Assembly (NCBI GenBank): GCA_029004185.1
Contig: JAQUPB010000002.1
Span: 2,484-66,483, forward strand
Length of the DNA: 64,000 nucleotides
Source: Bacteroidales bacterium
Lineage (GTDB): Bacteria > Bacteroidota > Bacteroidia > Bacteroidales > JAHJDW01
Direction of reading: 5' to 3'
The translations under genes were made by a program, and so were the position numbers. The notes beneath the pieces were generated by a model. That model saw nothing but the letters and a program-made list of their open reading frames with translations, did not search any database and was not told the origin of the DNA. Shown here in pieces: positions 16,446-24,729 of this stretch (positions within the stretch are counted from its first letter, which is position 1; each line of letters opens with the position of its first letter).

Positions 16446-18239
16446 CTGGAAAATTCCCGTTTACATCATATTTTAAATTCCTTACCCGGCAAACCCGGCA
16501 TATATCAGTTTTTCGACTGCAATGGAACTATCATATATATCGGTAAAGCAAAGAATTTAAAAAAAAGAATCGTATCTTATTTCAAGGGAAATTTCAGCAG
16601 CGGCAAGACAGCCGTAATGATTGGCAAAACCGATGAAATAAAATATATTGTTGTAGATTCCGAGGCAGATGCTTTGCTACTTGAAAACAATCTGATAAAA
16701 AAATACCAGCCACGCTACAATATTTTATTGAAGGATGATAAAACTTTTCCCTGGATATGCGTCAAAAAAGAACATTTTCCGAGAGTTTTTTCTACAAGAA
16801 CAGTTTTAAAAGACGGTTCACATTATTTCGGACCTTATACTTCGGTGCGGTTGCTTCATACTTTGCTTGAGCTTATAAAAAAATTATACCCTTTGAGGAA
16901 CTGCAATTACAAACTTTCCGAAGAAAATATTAAAACTAAAAAATATAAATTATGCCTGGAATACCATATCGGGAATTGCAAAGGACCGTGCGAAGGACTA
17001 CAAACCGAAGAGGATTACGAACAATCAATTTTGAATATTAAAGATATTTTGAAAGGAAATATTGTTAAAGTTATAGGATATTTAAAAACCTTAATGAAAG
17101 ATTTTTCCGCTGATTATGAATTTGAGAAGGCGCAAATAGTTAAGGAAAAACTAGGACTGCTTGAAAAATTCCAGAAAAAATCAACAATTGTAAATCCCGA
17201 AATTGATAATGTTGATGTTTTTTCAATTGTTACCGATGAAAAATACGGATATGTAAATTACCTGAAAGTCTTAAATGGAGCAATAATACAAATTCACACC
17301 ATAGAACTGAAAAAGCAACTGGATGAAACTCCCGAAGATCTTCTCTTGTTTGCAATTACCGATATTCGTCAGCGTTTTCAGAGTGAATCACCTGAAATAA
17401 TAATTTCTTTTGAAATAAATGTCGAAATTCCCGGTGTAAAATTCATTGTTCCCAAAATAGGCGATAAGAAAAAACTTCTTGAATTATCGCAGAGGAATGT
17501 ACAGTATTATCAACAAGAAAAACAAAGGCAGGCAGAAGAGCTAAAACAAAAAACTCCGCAAAAGAGAATACTTGAACAGATGAAGAAAGATTTACATTTA
17601 AAGGAATTGCCTCTTCAAATAGAATGTTTTGATAATTCGAACATTCAGGGAAGTCAGGCAGTTGCGGCGATGGCGGTTTTCAAAAATGCAAAGCCCGCAA
17701 AATCGGAATACAGGCATTTTAATATTAAAACCGTTGAAGGAATTGATGATTTTGCTTCGATGAAGGAAGTAGTTTTCAGAAGATACAGGCGTCTCCTGGA
17801 AGAGAAAAAAACTTTACCTCAGCTTATTGTTGTTGACGGCGGAATAGGGCAGTTAAATTCGGCTGTTGCAGCACTGGGTGAACTGAAATTAAAAAATAAA
17901 ATTGCAATCATAGGCATTGCAAAAAAGCTTGAAAGCATTTTCTTTCCCGGCGATTCGGTTCCTTTATTTCTGGATAAAAAATCGGAAACGTTAAAGGTAA
18001 TTCAGCAAATCCGCAACGAAACCCACCGCTTCGGAATTACACATCACAGGGGAAAAAGAGAAAAAGAAACAATAAAAACGGAAATTACAGGAATAAAAGG
18101 AATTGCCGGAGAAACTGCAAGAAAGTTATTGACTGAATTCAAATCGGTTGCTAATGTGAAAAAAGCGAAGTTTGAAGAAATCGAAAAAATAATTGGTAAA
18201 GCAAAGGCAAAAATTGTTTTTGAATATTTCAGAAAATAA
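16446..18239 (+). CDS. uvrC: excinuclease ABC subunit C, probable non-ATG start
   Basis: The frame is open from 16440. Codons 16482-16616 encode LPGKPGIYQFFDCNGTIIYIGKAKNLKKRIVSYF, the GIY-YIG signature, upstream of the first ATG (16617). The only start-like codons there are CTG 16446 and ATT/ATA/ATC. Confidence 0.8.
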   Translation: MENSRLHHILNSLPGKPGIYQFFDCNGTIIYIGKAKNLKKRIVSYFKGNFSSGKTAVMIGKTDEIKYIVVDSEADALLLENNLIKKYQPRYNILLKDDKTFPWICVKKEHFPRVFSTRTVLKDGSHYFGPYTSVRLLHTLLELIKKLYPLRNCNYKLSEENIKTKKYKLCLEYHIGNCKGPCEGLQTEEDYEQSILNIKDILKGNIVKVIGYLKTLMKDFSADYEFEKAQIVKEKLGLLEKFQKKSTIVNPEIDNVDVFSIVTDEKYGYVNYLKVLNGAIIQIHTIELKKQLDETPEDLLLFAITDIRQRFQSESPEIIISFEINVEIPGVKFIVPKIGDKKKLLELSQRNVQYYQQEKQRQAEELKQKTPQKRILEQMKKDLHLKELPLQIECFDNSNIQGSQAVAAMAVFKNAKPAKSEYRHFNIKTVEGIDDFASMKEVVFRRYRRLLEEKKTLPQLIVVDGGIGQLNSAVAALGELKLKNKIAIIGIAKKLESIFFPGDSVPLFLDKKSETLKVIQQIRNETHRFGITHHRGKREKETIKTEITGIKGIAGETARKLLTEFKSVANVKKAKFEEIEKIIGKAKAKIVFEYFRK

Positions 18240-18316
18240 GACGCTGATTTATTATGAAAAATATGAAAAAAACGCTGATTATAAAATCATAATTTTTCTG
18301 TGTTAATCTGCGTCTA
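18239..18316. repeat. AGACGCTGATT / AATCTGCGTCT inverted repeat after the uvrC stop
   Basis: AGACGCTGATT pairs with TAATCTGCGTCT as a 12-nt arm with a central mismatch. An internal ACGCTGATT word is repeated. Confidence 0.4.
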
Positions 18317-18367
18317 ATTTTTAATTAAATTTGCAAATCATAAAAAATATAAATTTGGATTAAAGGA

Positions 18368-18673
18368 ATGAAAAATATAAAATTCATAATTTTTTTATTG
18401 TTTGCCTTTTTTTCTTTGGTTTTAAGTACTTCTTCATTTGCCCAATCGCCGCCATCTTCAATAAAAAAACAAAAGAAAAATCTTGATAAAAGAAAAGAAG
18501 ACCGCAGAAATGCGACAGTAGATGCTTATACAAAAGGATTGAAAAGACATCTGAAAATCCAGACAAAAGAAACAAGAAAAAAAATAAGAAAAGACTTAAG
18601 AAAAGCCAACAGAATAAACCAAAACAAGAGAGAATTCTTTGTAAAACGATGGTTTACCCGCAAAAGAAGATAA
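18368..18673 (+). CDS. small secreted, extremely basic hypothetical protein
   Basis: Signal peptide MKNIKFIIFLLFAFFSLVLSTSSFA. About 30 of ~76 mature residues are K/R by hand count. Confidence 0.5.
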   Translation: MKNIKFIIFLLFAFFSLVLSTSSFAQSPPSSIKKQKKNLDKRKEDRRNATVDAYTKGLKRHLKIQTKETRKKIRKDLRKANRINQNKREFFVKRWFTRKRR

Positions 18674-18681
18674 TAAAAAAT

Positions 18682-18728
18682 GCCACAGATTAAAGAATTG
18701 CTTTTTTTGTAATCTGTGAATCTGTGGC
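18682..18728. repeat. GCCACAGATT-family palindrome (copy 2, shortened left arm)
   Basis: GCCACAGATTA (18682-18692) ... TAATCTGTGAATCTGTGGC (18710-18728), 9 nt after the stop of the upstream ORF. Confidence 0.6.
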
Positions 18729-18754
18729 TAATTTGATTAGTCTAATTATTCGTT

Positions 18755-20107
18755 ATGGAATCAAATGATAAACATAACATATGTAGATATCTATATATGT
18801 TTGGAGGATGTAATAAAATATTTTATTCTTTTTTAACGCTGATTTTTGTATTGATTGCAATTGGGATTACTGAAGATAAAGAAATTTCGGGTTCAACTTT
18901 AAAAGGTAAAAAAGCAATTGCCGACACATCAAAATTCATAAACAATTTGTTAAATTCAAATCTCGGCGGATTTGATAATATTCTTAAAAACCCAGCTAAA
19001 TATGAAGTACAGATAATTTACACTCAAATAAACCGTGATAAATCTAATAAACCATCGTTCAAACAATATTCTTACCGGTTAAACTCAAACGAATATTTCA
19101 GTCCTGCAAGTCTGGTAAAACTACCTACGCTATGCGCTACCTTTGAGAAACTGAATAATCTGAAAATTGAAGGACTTTCGAAATATTCGCGTTTGAAGAT
19201 TTTGAATTCTCATAAATGTCAGGTTGCAGTTGAAAAAGATACTTCCTCAGCCGATGGATTTCCAAGCATTGCCAATTATGCAAAAAAAATTCTTCTTATA
19301 AGTGATAATGATGCATATTCGCGGTTATATGAATTTTTAGGTCAGGAATATATAAACAAACGGCTGTGGGAAATGGGTTATCCGAACGCATTAATAATTC
19401 AGCGTTTCGCGTTTTGCAATTATGATGATAACAGATTTACAAATCCTTTTGTTTTTTTTAATGAAAAAGGCGATACGATTTATAAACAACAAATGGCTGA
19501 AAGTCCGCTGAAATTAAAAAACCCGCTAGGCATTGTAAAAAAAGGAAAAGCATATATGAATAGCAGCAACAAATTAGTTAATGAACCCTATGATTTCACG
19601 TATTCAAACAATTTATGTCTTGAAGACATTAATGATATTTTGATTTCCGTTATTTTTCCCGAAGTCGCACCGAAGAATAAAAAGTTCAATCTTACAAATG
19701 AAGATTATAAATTTCTGTATAAATATATGTCAATGCTGCCAAAAGAATCCGACCGCCCTTCTTATAAAAGCGACTCGCTTTACTGGGATAGTCTGAAAAA
19801 ATATTTTATCTACGGCGACAAGAAAAAAATTGATGATTACAGTAATTTAAAGTCATTCAATATTGTGGGTCAGTCATTCGGTTATTTGTCGGACTGTGCC
19901 TATATTGCTGATTTCGATAATAAAGTGGAATTTATTTTATCGGCAGTAATTTATGTAAACGAAGACCAAATTTTCAATGATGGCAAATACGAATATTTTT
20001 CAGTAGGATTGCCGTTTCTGGCGAATGTGGGAAAGGTGTTTTACAATTATGAGAAGAACAGGAAAAAAGAATATTTGCCGGATATGGGAAAGTTTAAAAA
20101 TTTATAA
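18755..20107 (+). CDS. class A beta-lactamase-related serine hydrolase
   Basis: SxxK motif in SPASLVKLP and SDN motif in LISDNDAY. The true start may be the internal Met at 18797, which precedes a hydrophobic helix. Confidence 0.65.
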   Translation: MESNDKHNICRYLYMFGGCNKIFYSFLTLIFVLIAIGITEDKEISGSTLKGKKAIADTSKFINNLLNSNLGGFDNILKNPAKYEVQIIYTQINRDKSNKPSFKQYSYRLNSNEYFSPASLVKLPTLCATFEKLNNLKIEGLSKYSRLKILNSHKCQVAVEKDTSSADGFPSIANYAKKILLISDNDAYSRLYEFLGQEYINKRLWEMGYPNALIIQRFAFCNYDDNRFTNPFVFFNEKGDTIYKQQMAESPLKLKNPLGIVKKGKAYMNSSNKLVNEPYDFTYSNNLCLEDINDILISVIFPEVAPKNKKFNLTNEDYKFLYKYMSMLPKESDRPSYKSDSLYWDSLKKYFIYGDKKKIDDYSNLKSFNIVGQSFGYLSDCAYIADFDNKVEFILSAVIYVNEDQIFNDGKYEYFSVGLPFLANVGKVFYNYEKNRKKEYLPDMGKFKNL

Positions 20108-20145
20108 TTTTTTTAAATTAGATTGTTTTAAAACAAAAAAATAAC

Positions 20146-20169
20146 CGCAAAGACGCTAAGGCGCGAAGA
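20146..20169. repeat. CGCAAAGA-word run (single arm) upstream of rsmG
   Basis: CCGCAAAGACGCTAAGGCGCGAAG. The same words occur at 47938-48019 and 63069-63131. Confidence 0.4.
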
Positions 20170-20177
20170 AATAAAAC

Positions 20178-20777
20178 ATGGAGATAATTTTAAAATATTT
20201 CAAGAATTTATCAGCGCAACAAATCGAACAGCTTAAAAAACTCGGCGACTTGTATGTTTACTGGAACGAAAGGGTAAATGTTATTTCCCGCAAGGATATT
20301 GATAATCTTTACGAACGGCACATTTTACATTCGTTATCAATAGCAAAATATTTTAACTTCAGCCGTTCTCAAAAAATACTTGATATTGGTACCGGGGGCG
20401 GATTGCCTGGTATTCCTCTTGCCATTGTTTTTCCGGAAGCGGAATTTTTACTTGTTGACTCTGTCGGGAAAAAAATAAATATCGTTAACATAATTATTGA
20501 AGAATTAAAACTCAAAAACATTAAAGCCGAAAAAATAAGAATGGAAGAATTAAACGGAAAGTTTGATTATGCCGTTTGCCGCGCCGTATCTGAAATTCCT
20601 GTACTGATAAAATGGACAAAGAACAAAGCCAATAATTTAATTTGCTTCAAAGGCGGCGATTTAAAAGAAGAATTAATGAACGTAAAAGAGCAAAACAAAA
20701 TATATGAACTTAAGGGTTTATTTGAAGAAGAATTCTTCCGGACAAAAAAAATAGTACACTTAATTTTGCATAAATAA
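20178..20777 (+). CDS. rsmG: 16S rRNA (guanine527-N7)-methyltransferase
   Basis: 199 aa with SAM motif ILDIGTGGGLPGIPLAI and GidB-like length and N-terminus. Confidence 0.85.
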   Translation: MEIILKYFKNLSAQQIEQLKKLGDLYVYWNERVNVISRKDIDNLYERHILHSLSIAKYFNFSRSQKILDIGTGGGLPGIPLAIVFPEAEFLLVDSVGKKINIVNIIIEELKLKNIKAEKIRMEELNGKFDYAVCRAVSEIPVLIKWTKNKANNLICFKGGDLKEELMNVKEQNKIYELKGLFEEEFFRTKKIVHLILHK

Positions 20778-20786
20778 AAAAATCCC

Positions 20787-20794
20787 TATATTTG
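20787..20794 (+). promoter_or_regulatory. -7 box TATATTTG with upstream TTTG (20765-20768) for rpmH
   Basis: Exact TAnnTTTG, 26 nt upstream of the rpmH ATG. A TTTG lies 18 nt further upstream. Confidence 0.5.
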
Positions 20795-20819
20795 CGGCTC
20801 TATTTAAAAGACTAAGACA

Positions 20820-20978
20820 ATGAAAAGAACATTTCAGCCCTCGAACAGAAAGAAAAGAAACAAACACGGTTTTAATGAAAGAATGTCAACAGCTAACGGA
20901 AGAAGAGTTCTGGCATCGAGACGTAAAAAAGGAAGAAAAAGACTAACAGTTTCGGACGAAAAACTGCATAAAAAATAA
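20820..20978 (+). CDS. rpmH: 50S ribosomal protein L34
   Basis: Hand translation: [52 protein letters not shown]. It is absent from the ORF track because it is under 60 aa. Confidence 0.9.
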   Translation: MKRTFQPSNRKKRNKHGFNERMSTANGRRVLASRRKKGRKRLTVSDEKLHKK

Positions 20979-20999
20979 CAGTATAAGTATAAGAAATTT

Positions 21000-21036
21000 A
21001 AACCCTGTTGATTTTAGGATTGACAGGGTTTTTTTA
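21000..21036 (+). terminator. rho-independent terminator of rpmH
   Basis: AAACCCTGT-14 nt loop-ACAGGGTTT followed by a T-run. Confidence 0.7.
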
Positions 21037-21071
21037 TAACGTCTTTTAAACTCTGTCAGGGTTAGTCTTAT

Positions 21072-21110
21072 AAAAACCGAAAAACCTGTCGGAGCTTGAA
21101 AACCCGACAG
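21072..21110 (-). terminator. rho-independent terminator of tgt
   Basis: The minus strand reads CTGTCGG-GTTTTCAAGCT-CCGACAG then GTTTTTCGGTTTTT. It is nested inside a longer 15-bp inverted repeat (21048-21063 with 21101-21115). Confidence 0.55.
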
Positions 21111-21159
21111 AGTTTTAATTTAATGTTACGTTGTTCTTTATATAAAACTTTATTTTGAG

Positions 21160-22290
21160 TTATAATCGTTGGGTTATTTTTTTTACCATTATTTTTTTCC
21201 ATTCGGCGAAAGTACCTTCTGCAATTTGCTTTCGTGCTTCATCAGTAAGCCACATATAAAAACTTAAGTTGTGAAGAGTTGCAATTTGTGCTGCAAGAAT
21301 TTCTTTTGCCGAAATCAGATATCGCAGGTATGCCTTGCTGTATTGCTCGTCAACAAAAGAATTACCGTCTTCTTCAATAGGTGAAAAATCGGTTTTCCAT
21401 TTCTCGTTCTTTATATTTATTATTCCGTTTTTTGTTAAAAGCATTCCGTTGCGGGCATTACGGGTGGGGATAACACAATCGAACATGTCAATTCCAAGAG
21501 AAATGCATTCCAGAATGTCAACAGGCATTCCCACTCCCATAAGGTAACGCGGTTTTTCTTCGGGTAGAATTGAGCATACCAAACCGGTGGTTTCATACAT
21601 GACTTCGCTTGGTTCTCCAACTGACAATCCGCCAATGGCATTGCCTTCCATATTACATGATGCAACAAATTCAGCCGATTCTTTACGCAAATCCTTGAAA
21701 ATACTTCCCTGAACAATCGGGAACAAAAATTGCTCGTAACCATATTTTCCTTTTGTCGCATTAAATTGTTTTTTACATCTTTCGAGCCAACGATGAGTTA
21801 TGTGCATTGATTTTTTAGCATAATCATATTCGCAGGGATACGAATTACATTCATCAAAAGTCATTATAATATCGGCGCCAATGCTTCTTTGAATGTCAAT
21901 GACTTTTTCGGGAGAGAAAAAATGAGTTGAGCCGTCAATGTGCGATTGGAATTCAACACCATCGTCGGTTAATTTTCTTCTGTCGGCAAGTGAGTAAACC
22001 TGAAATCCGCCGCTGTCGGTCAGCATGGGTTTATCCCAGCTTATGAATTTATGTAAACCGCCTGCACCTTCAATAACATCAAGTCCGGGACGAAGATATA
22101 AATGATAAGTGTTACCAAGGATTATTTTTGCTTTTATGTCGTTTTCAAGCTCTCGCTGGTGAACTCCTTTCACGGTACCATAAGTTCCTACAGGCATAAA
22201 AACGGGAGTTTCAATTTTGCCATGAGCCGTTTCAATAATACCGGTGCGGGCTTTGGAAATTTTGTCTTTATTTAATATTTTGAAAAGCAT
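21160..22290 (-). CDS. tgt: tRNA-guanine transglycosylase (queuine tRNA-ribosyltransferase)
   Basis: 376 aa with LGNTYHL, TDSGGFQV, GGLSVGE and FDCVIPTRNARNG. Confidence 0.9.
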   Translation of the reverse strand: MLFKILNKDKISKARTGIIETAHGKIETPVFMPVGTYGTVKGVHQRELENDIKAKIILGNTYHLYLRPGLDVIEGAGGLHKFISWDKPMLTDSGGFQVYSLADRRKLTDDGVEFQSHIDGSTHFFSPEKVIDIQRSIGADIIMTFDECNSYPCEYDYAKKSMHITHRWLERCKKQFNATKGKYGYEQFLFPIVQGSIFKDLRKESAEFVASCNMEGNAIGGLSVGEPSEVMYETTGLVCSILPEEKPRYLMGVGMPVDILECISLGIDMFDCVIPTRNARNGMLLTKNGIINIKNEKWKTDFSPIEEDGNSFVDEQYSKAYLRYLISAKEILAAQIATLHNLSFYMWLTDEARKQIAEGTFAEWKKIMVKKITQRL

Positions 22291-22324
22291 TTTGTAAAAA
22301 TAGAGAAAATTTCATAATAAATTT

Positions 22325-22378
22325 GCCACAGATTCACAGATTATAAAAAAGTGATTTTATAATCTGTGAATCTGTGGC
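22325..22378. repeat. GCCACAGATT-family palindrome (copy 3, perfect 24-bp stem, 6-nt loop)
   Basis: GCCACAGATTCACAGATTATAAAA-AAGTGA-TTTTATAATCTGTGAATCTGTGGC. It lies between the divergent tgt and OmpA-like gene starts. Confidence 0.7.
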
Positions 22379-22472
22379 GGTTTTATTTTTACAAATTTTA
22401 GAAAGCACTTGACATAGTTGTTTTAATGTTATATGTTTGTTTTGAAAAAGAATATCAATAATAAATAAAATA

Positions 22473-23297
22473 GTGAAAAAAATTATAACATTCTTAATGT
22501 TTATTTATCTGATAACAAACCTCTGCATTGCTCAGGAGCAGCATAAACTTATCGTTTATTTTTCATTCAATGATTCGGAATTGAATAATAAAGCCGCTTC
22601 AAGAATTGACAGCACACTTTTAAAAATTAAAAATATAAAAGACATAACGAAAGTTGAAATATCCGGTCATTGTGACAGCGTGGGCGGCGATTCTGCTAAT
22701 AACATACTTTCTCAAAAAAGAGTTATTGAAGTAAAAAAATATTTAATAAAAAAAGGAATTGAAGAAAAATTTATTTCAAAATATATTGGTTACGGAAAGA
22801 AAAAACCATTAAATAAAAATCTTACCGAAGAAGAAAGAACTTTAAACAGAAGAGTTGAAATAGTTTTATACTGTAAAAAGGAAATTCCTAAAAAAGAAAA
22901 TTTATCGGAACAAGTAAATAATACAAAAGTCGGAGGGAAACTTGTTTTAAATAATATTCTTTTTTATCCCGGGAGCCATGAGCTATTACCTGCTTCAAAA
23001 GATTATATTGTGGTTTTATTTAAGATATTAAAAAACAACCCTAAACTAAAAATCGAAATACAAGGTCATATTTGTTGTTTGGTTGGCACAGGAGATGGCA
23101 TGGATGGGGCAACAGGAAAGTTCGATTTATCAACTAAAAGAGCCGAAGCAGTTTACAAATGTTTGGTTAATTCCGGTATAGATTCAACCCGCCTTTCATA
23201 TAAAGGATATGGACATCAATATCCATTGTTTCCTGAAACCACGGAAGAAAATAAGAAAAAAAACAGAAGAGTGGAAATAAAGATTATTGAAAAGTAA
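22473..23297 (+). CDS. OmpA family protein with two OmpA-like domains
   Basis: Signal peptide, then two peptidoglycan-binding OmpA_C-like modules ending NRRVEIVLY and NRRVEIKIIEK. GTG start. Confidence 0.75.
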   Translation: MKKIITFLMFIYLITNLCIAQEQHKLIVYFSFNDSELNNKAASRIDSTLLKIKNIKDITKVEISGHCDSVGGDSANNILSQKRVIEVKKYLIKKGIEEKFISKYIGYGKKKPLNKNLTEEERTLNRRVEIVLYCKKEIPKKENLSEQVNNTKVGGKLVLNNILFYPGSHELLPASKDYIVVLFKILKNNPKLKIEIQGHICCLVGTGDGMDGATGKFDLSTKRAEAVYKCLVNSGIDSTRLSYKGYGHQYPLFPETTEENKKKNRRVEIKIIEK

Positions 23298-24407
23298 ATG
23301 AAGAAAAAATATTTTATTATAATATTATTTTTTATAACCAGCATAAGTTTTTCGCAAAACCTTGTACCAAATCCGAAATTTGAAGAGTATACAGATTTTC
23401 CTACAGATGACAGTATGTTATACTTACTCAAACATTGGAAAAATCCTACTAAAGGCACACCTGATTTTTGGGTATTTTCAAAAAAAATTAAAAAAAATGA
23501 AACCTTGTGTAACAATGAGGAAACAAACGGTTGTGTGGGAATTGGCATAAGACCAGAATACTCAATGTTATGGACATCTGATAATTCTAATTGGCCGGAA
23601 TATTATGAATATGTTCAGGTGAAACTAAATATGGAATTGGAAAAAGACAAAGAATATGTGATTAAATGTGATGTGTATTTTTCACATAAGGGCGTATATG
23701 CCTTGGATTATCTTGGAGCAGTTCTTCTTAATGACAGCATGCATGTGGAAATTAAAAAGCGGCTGAAAATGCCGTTTGTGAAATTAAGTAATTACGGAGA
23801 AATACTTGATGACCAGAATTGGGTAAATATTTGCGGATGTTATAAAGCCAAAGGAGGCGAAAAGTTTCTGATACTTGGCGGGTTCGCAACAAAAGATGAA
23901 TTTATTGTGGGAAAACATCTTACTTATGGTGAGGGAATGTATTTTGCTTACTACTCAAAAGAGTACAAAATTTATTATTACTTGGATAATATTTCCGTAG
24001 AAAAATTAAACTCAAAAAACAGTTGTAAAAAATTTGTGTTATCAAAAAAAATATTAAAAGTGGGGCAAACAATTAAACTCGAAAACATATTTTTTGAAAC
24101 GGATAAATCGGTTTTGCTGAAAGAATCATATAAAGAACTAAACGAACTTTTGAAGATAATGAATCAAAACCCCAAAATGAAAATAGAAATATCAGGACAT
24201 ACCGACAATACCGGGAGCGAAACACATAACAAAGAATTGTCAGAAGCAAGAGCGAAAGCTGTATATGACTTTTTAATTTCAAAAGGCATAAAGGAAGAAA
24301 GAATTACATATAAAGGATACGGATATTCAAAACCCATTGCAAAAAATTCAACAGATGAAGGAAGACAAAAAAACAGAAGAGTGGAATTTAAAATAATTGA
24401 AAAATGA
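23298..24407 (+). CDS. OmpA family protein (unknown N-terminal domain plus C-terminal OmpA-like domain)
   Basis: Signal peptide. C-terminus is GHTDNTGSETHNKELSEARAKAV...NRRVEFKIIEK. Its ATG abuts the upstream TAA. Confidence 0.75.
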   Translation: MKKKYFIIILFFITSISFSQNLVPNPKFEEYTDFPTDDSMLYLLKHWKNPTKGTPDFWVFSKKIKKNETLCNNEETNGCVGIGIRPEYSMLWTSDNSNWPEYYEYVQVKLNMELEKDKEYVIKCDVYFSHKGVYALDYLGAVLLNDSMHVEIKKRLKMPFVKLSNYGEILDDQNWVNICGCYKAKGGEKFLILGGFATKDEFIVGKHLTYGEGMYFAYYSKEYKIYYYLDNISVEKLNSKNSCKKFVLSKKILKVGQTIKLENIFFETDKSVLLKESYKELNELLKIMNQNPKMKIEISGHTDNTGSETHNKELSEARAKAVYDFLISKGIKEERITYKGYGYSKPIAKNSTDEGRQKNRRVEFKIIEK

Positions 24408-24515
24408 ATTTTATTATTGTTCGAATAAAAATCTTAGATGTAATTCAATCATTTTATTAATTGTTTTAATAAATGTCGCCGCCTACAGGGCTTAATTTTG
24501 TTTTGTAATTAATTG

Positions 24516-24593
24516 CTACCAATATTTAGTCCCATACGGGACGTAATGTTGGTAGAATAATGAAACCTCAGCTATTCGAAGTTCCATAGGAAC
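24516..24593. repeat. nested GC-rich mini-hairpin cluster in a 322-nt intergenic region
   Basis: Outer stem CTACCAATATT/AATGTTGGTAG encloses GTCCC-ATAC-GGGAC. GTTCC-ATA-GGAAC follows at 24581-24593. Confidence 0.5.
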
Positions 24594-24729
24594 AATACAT
24601 GATGATGAATTATTATCCAAAACTATTTAGGGATTGACATCTTACAGCTATTTTAATAACTTGTTAAAAAAATAATTTTATTGGTTTTCATAATAGAAGT
24701 AACTTAGCAATTTAACTTTAACCGGAAAA

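Noticed and set aside
24575-24595. CGAAGTTCCATAGGAAC resembling an FRT-like recombinase half-site.
   Set aside because: It is only a 5-bp stem palindrome with chance resemblance. There is no second site and no tyrosine recombinase gene.
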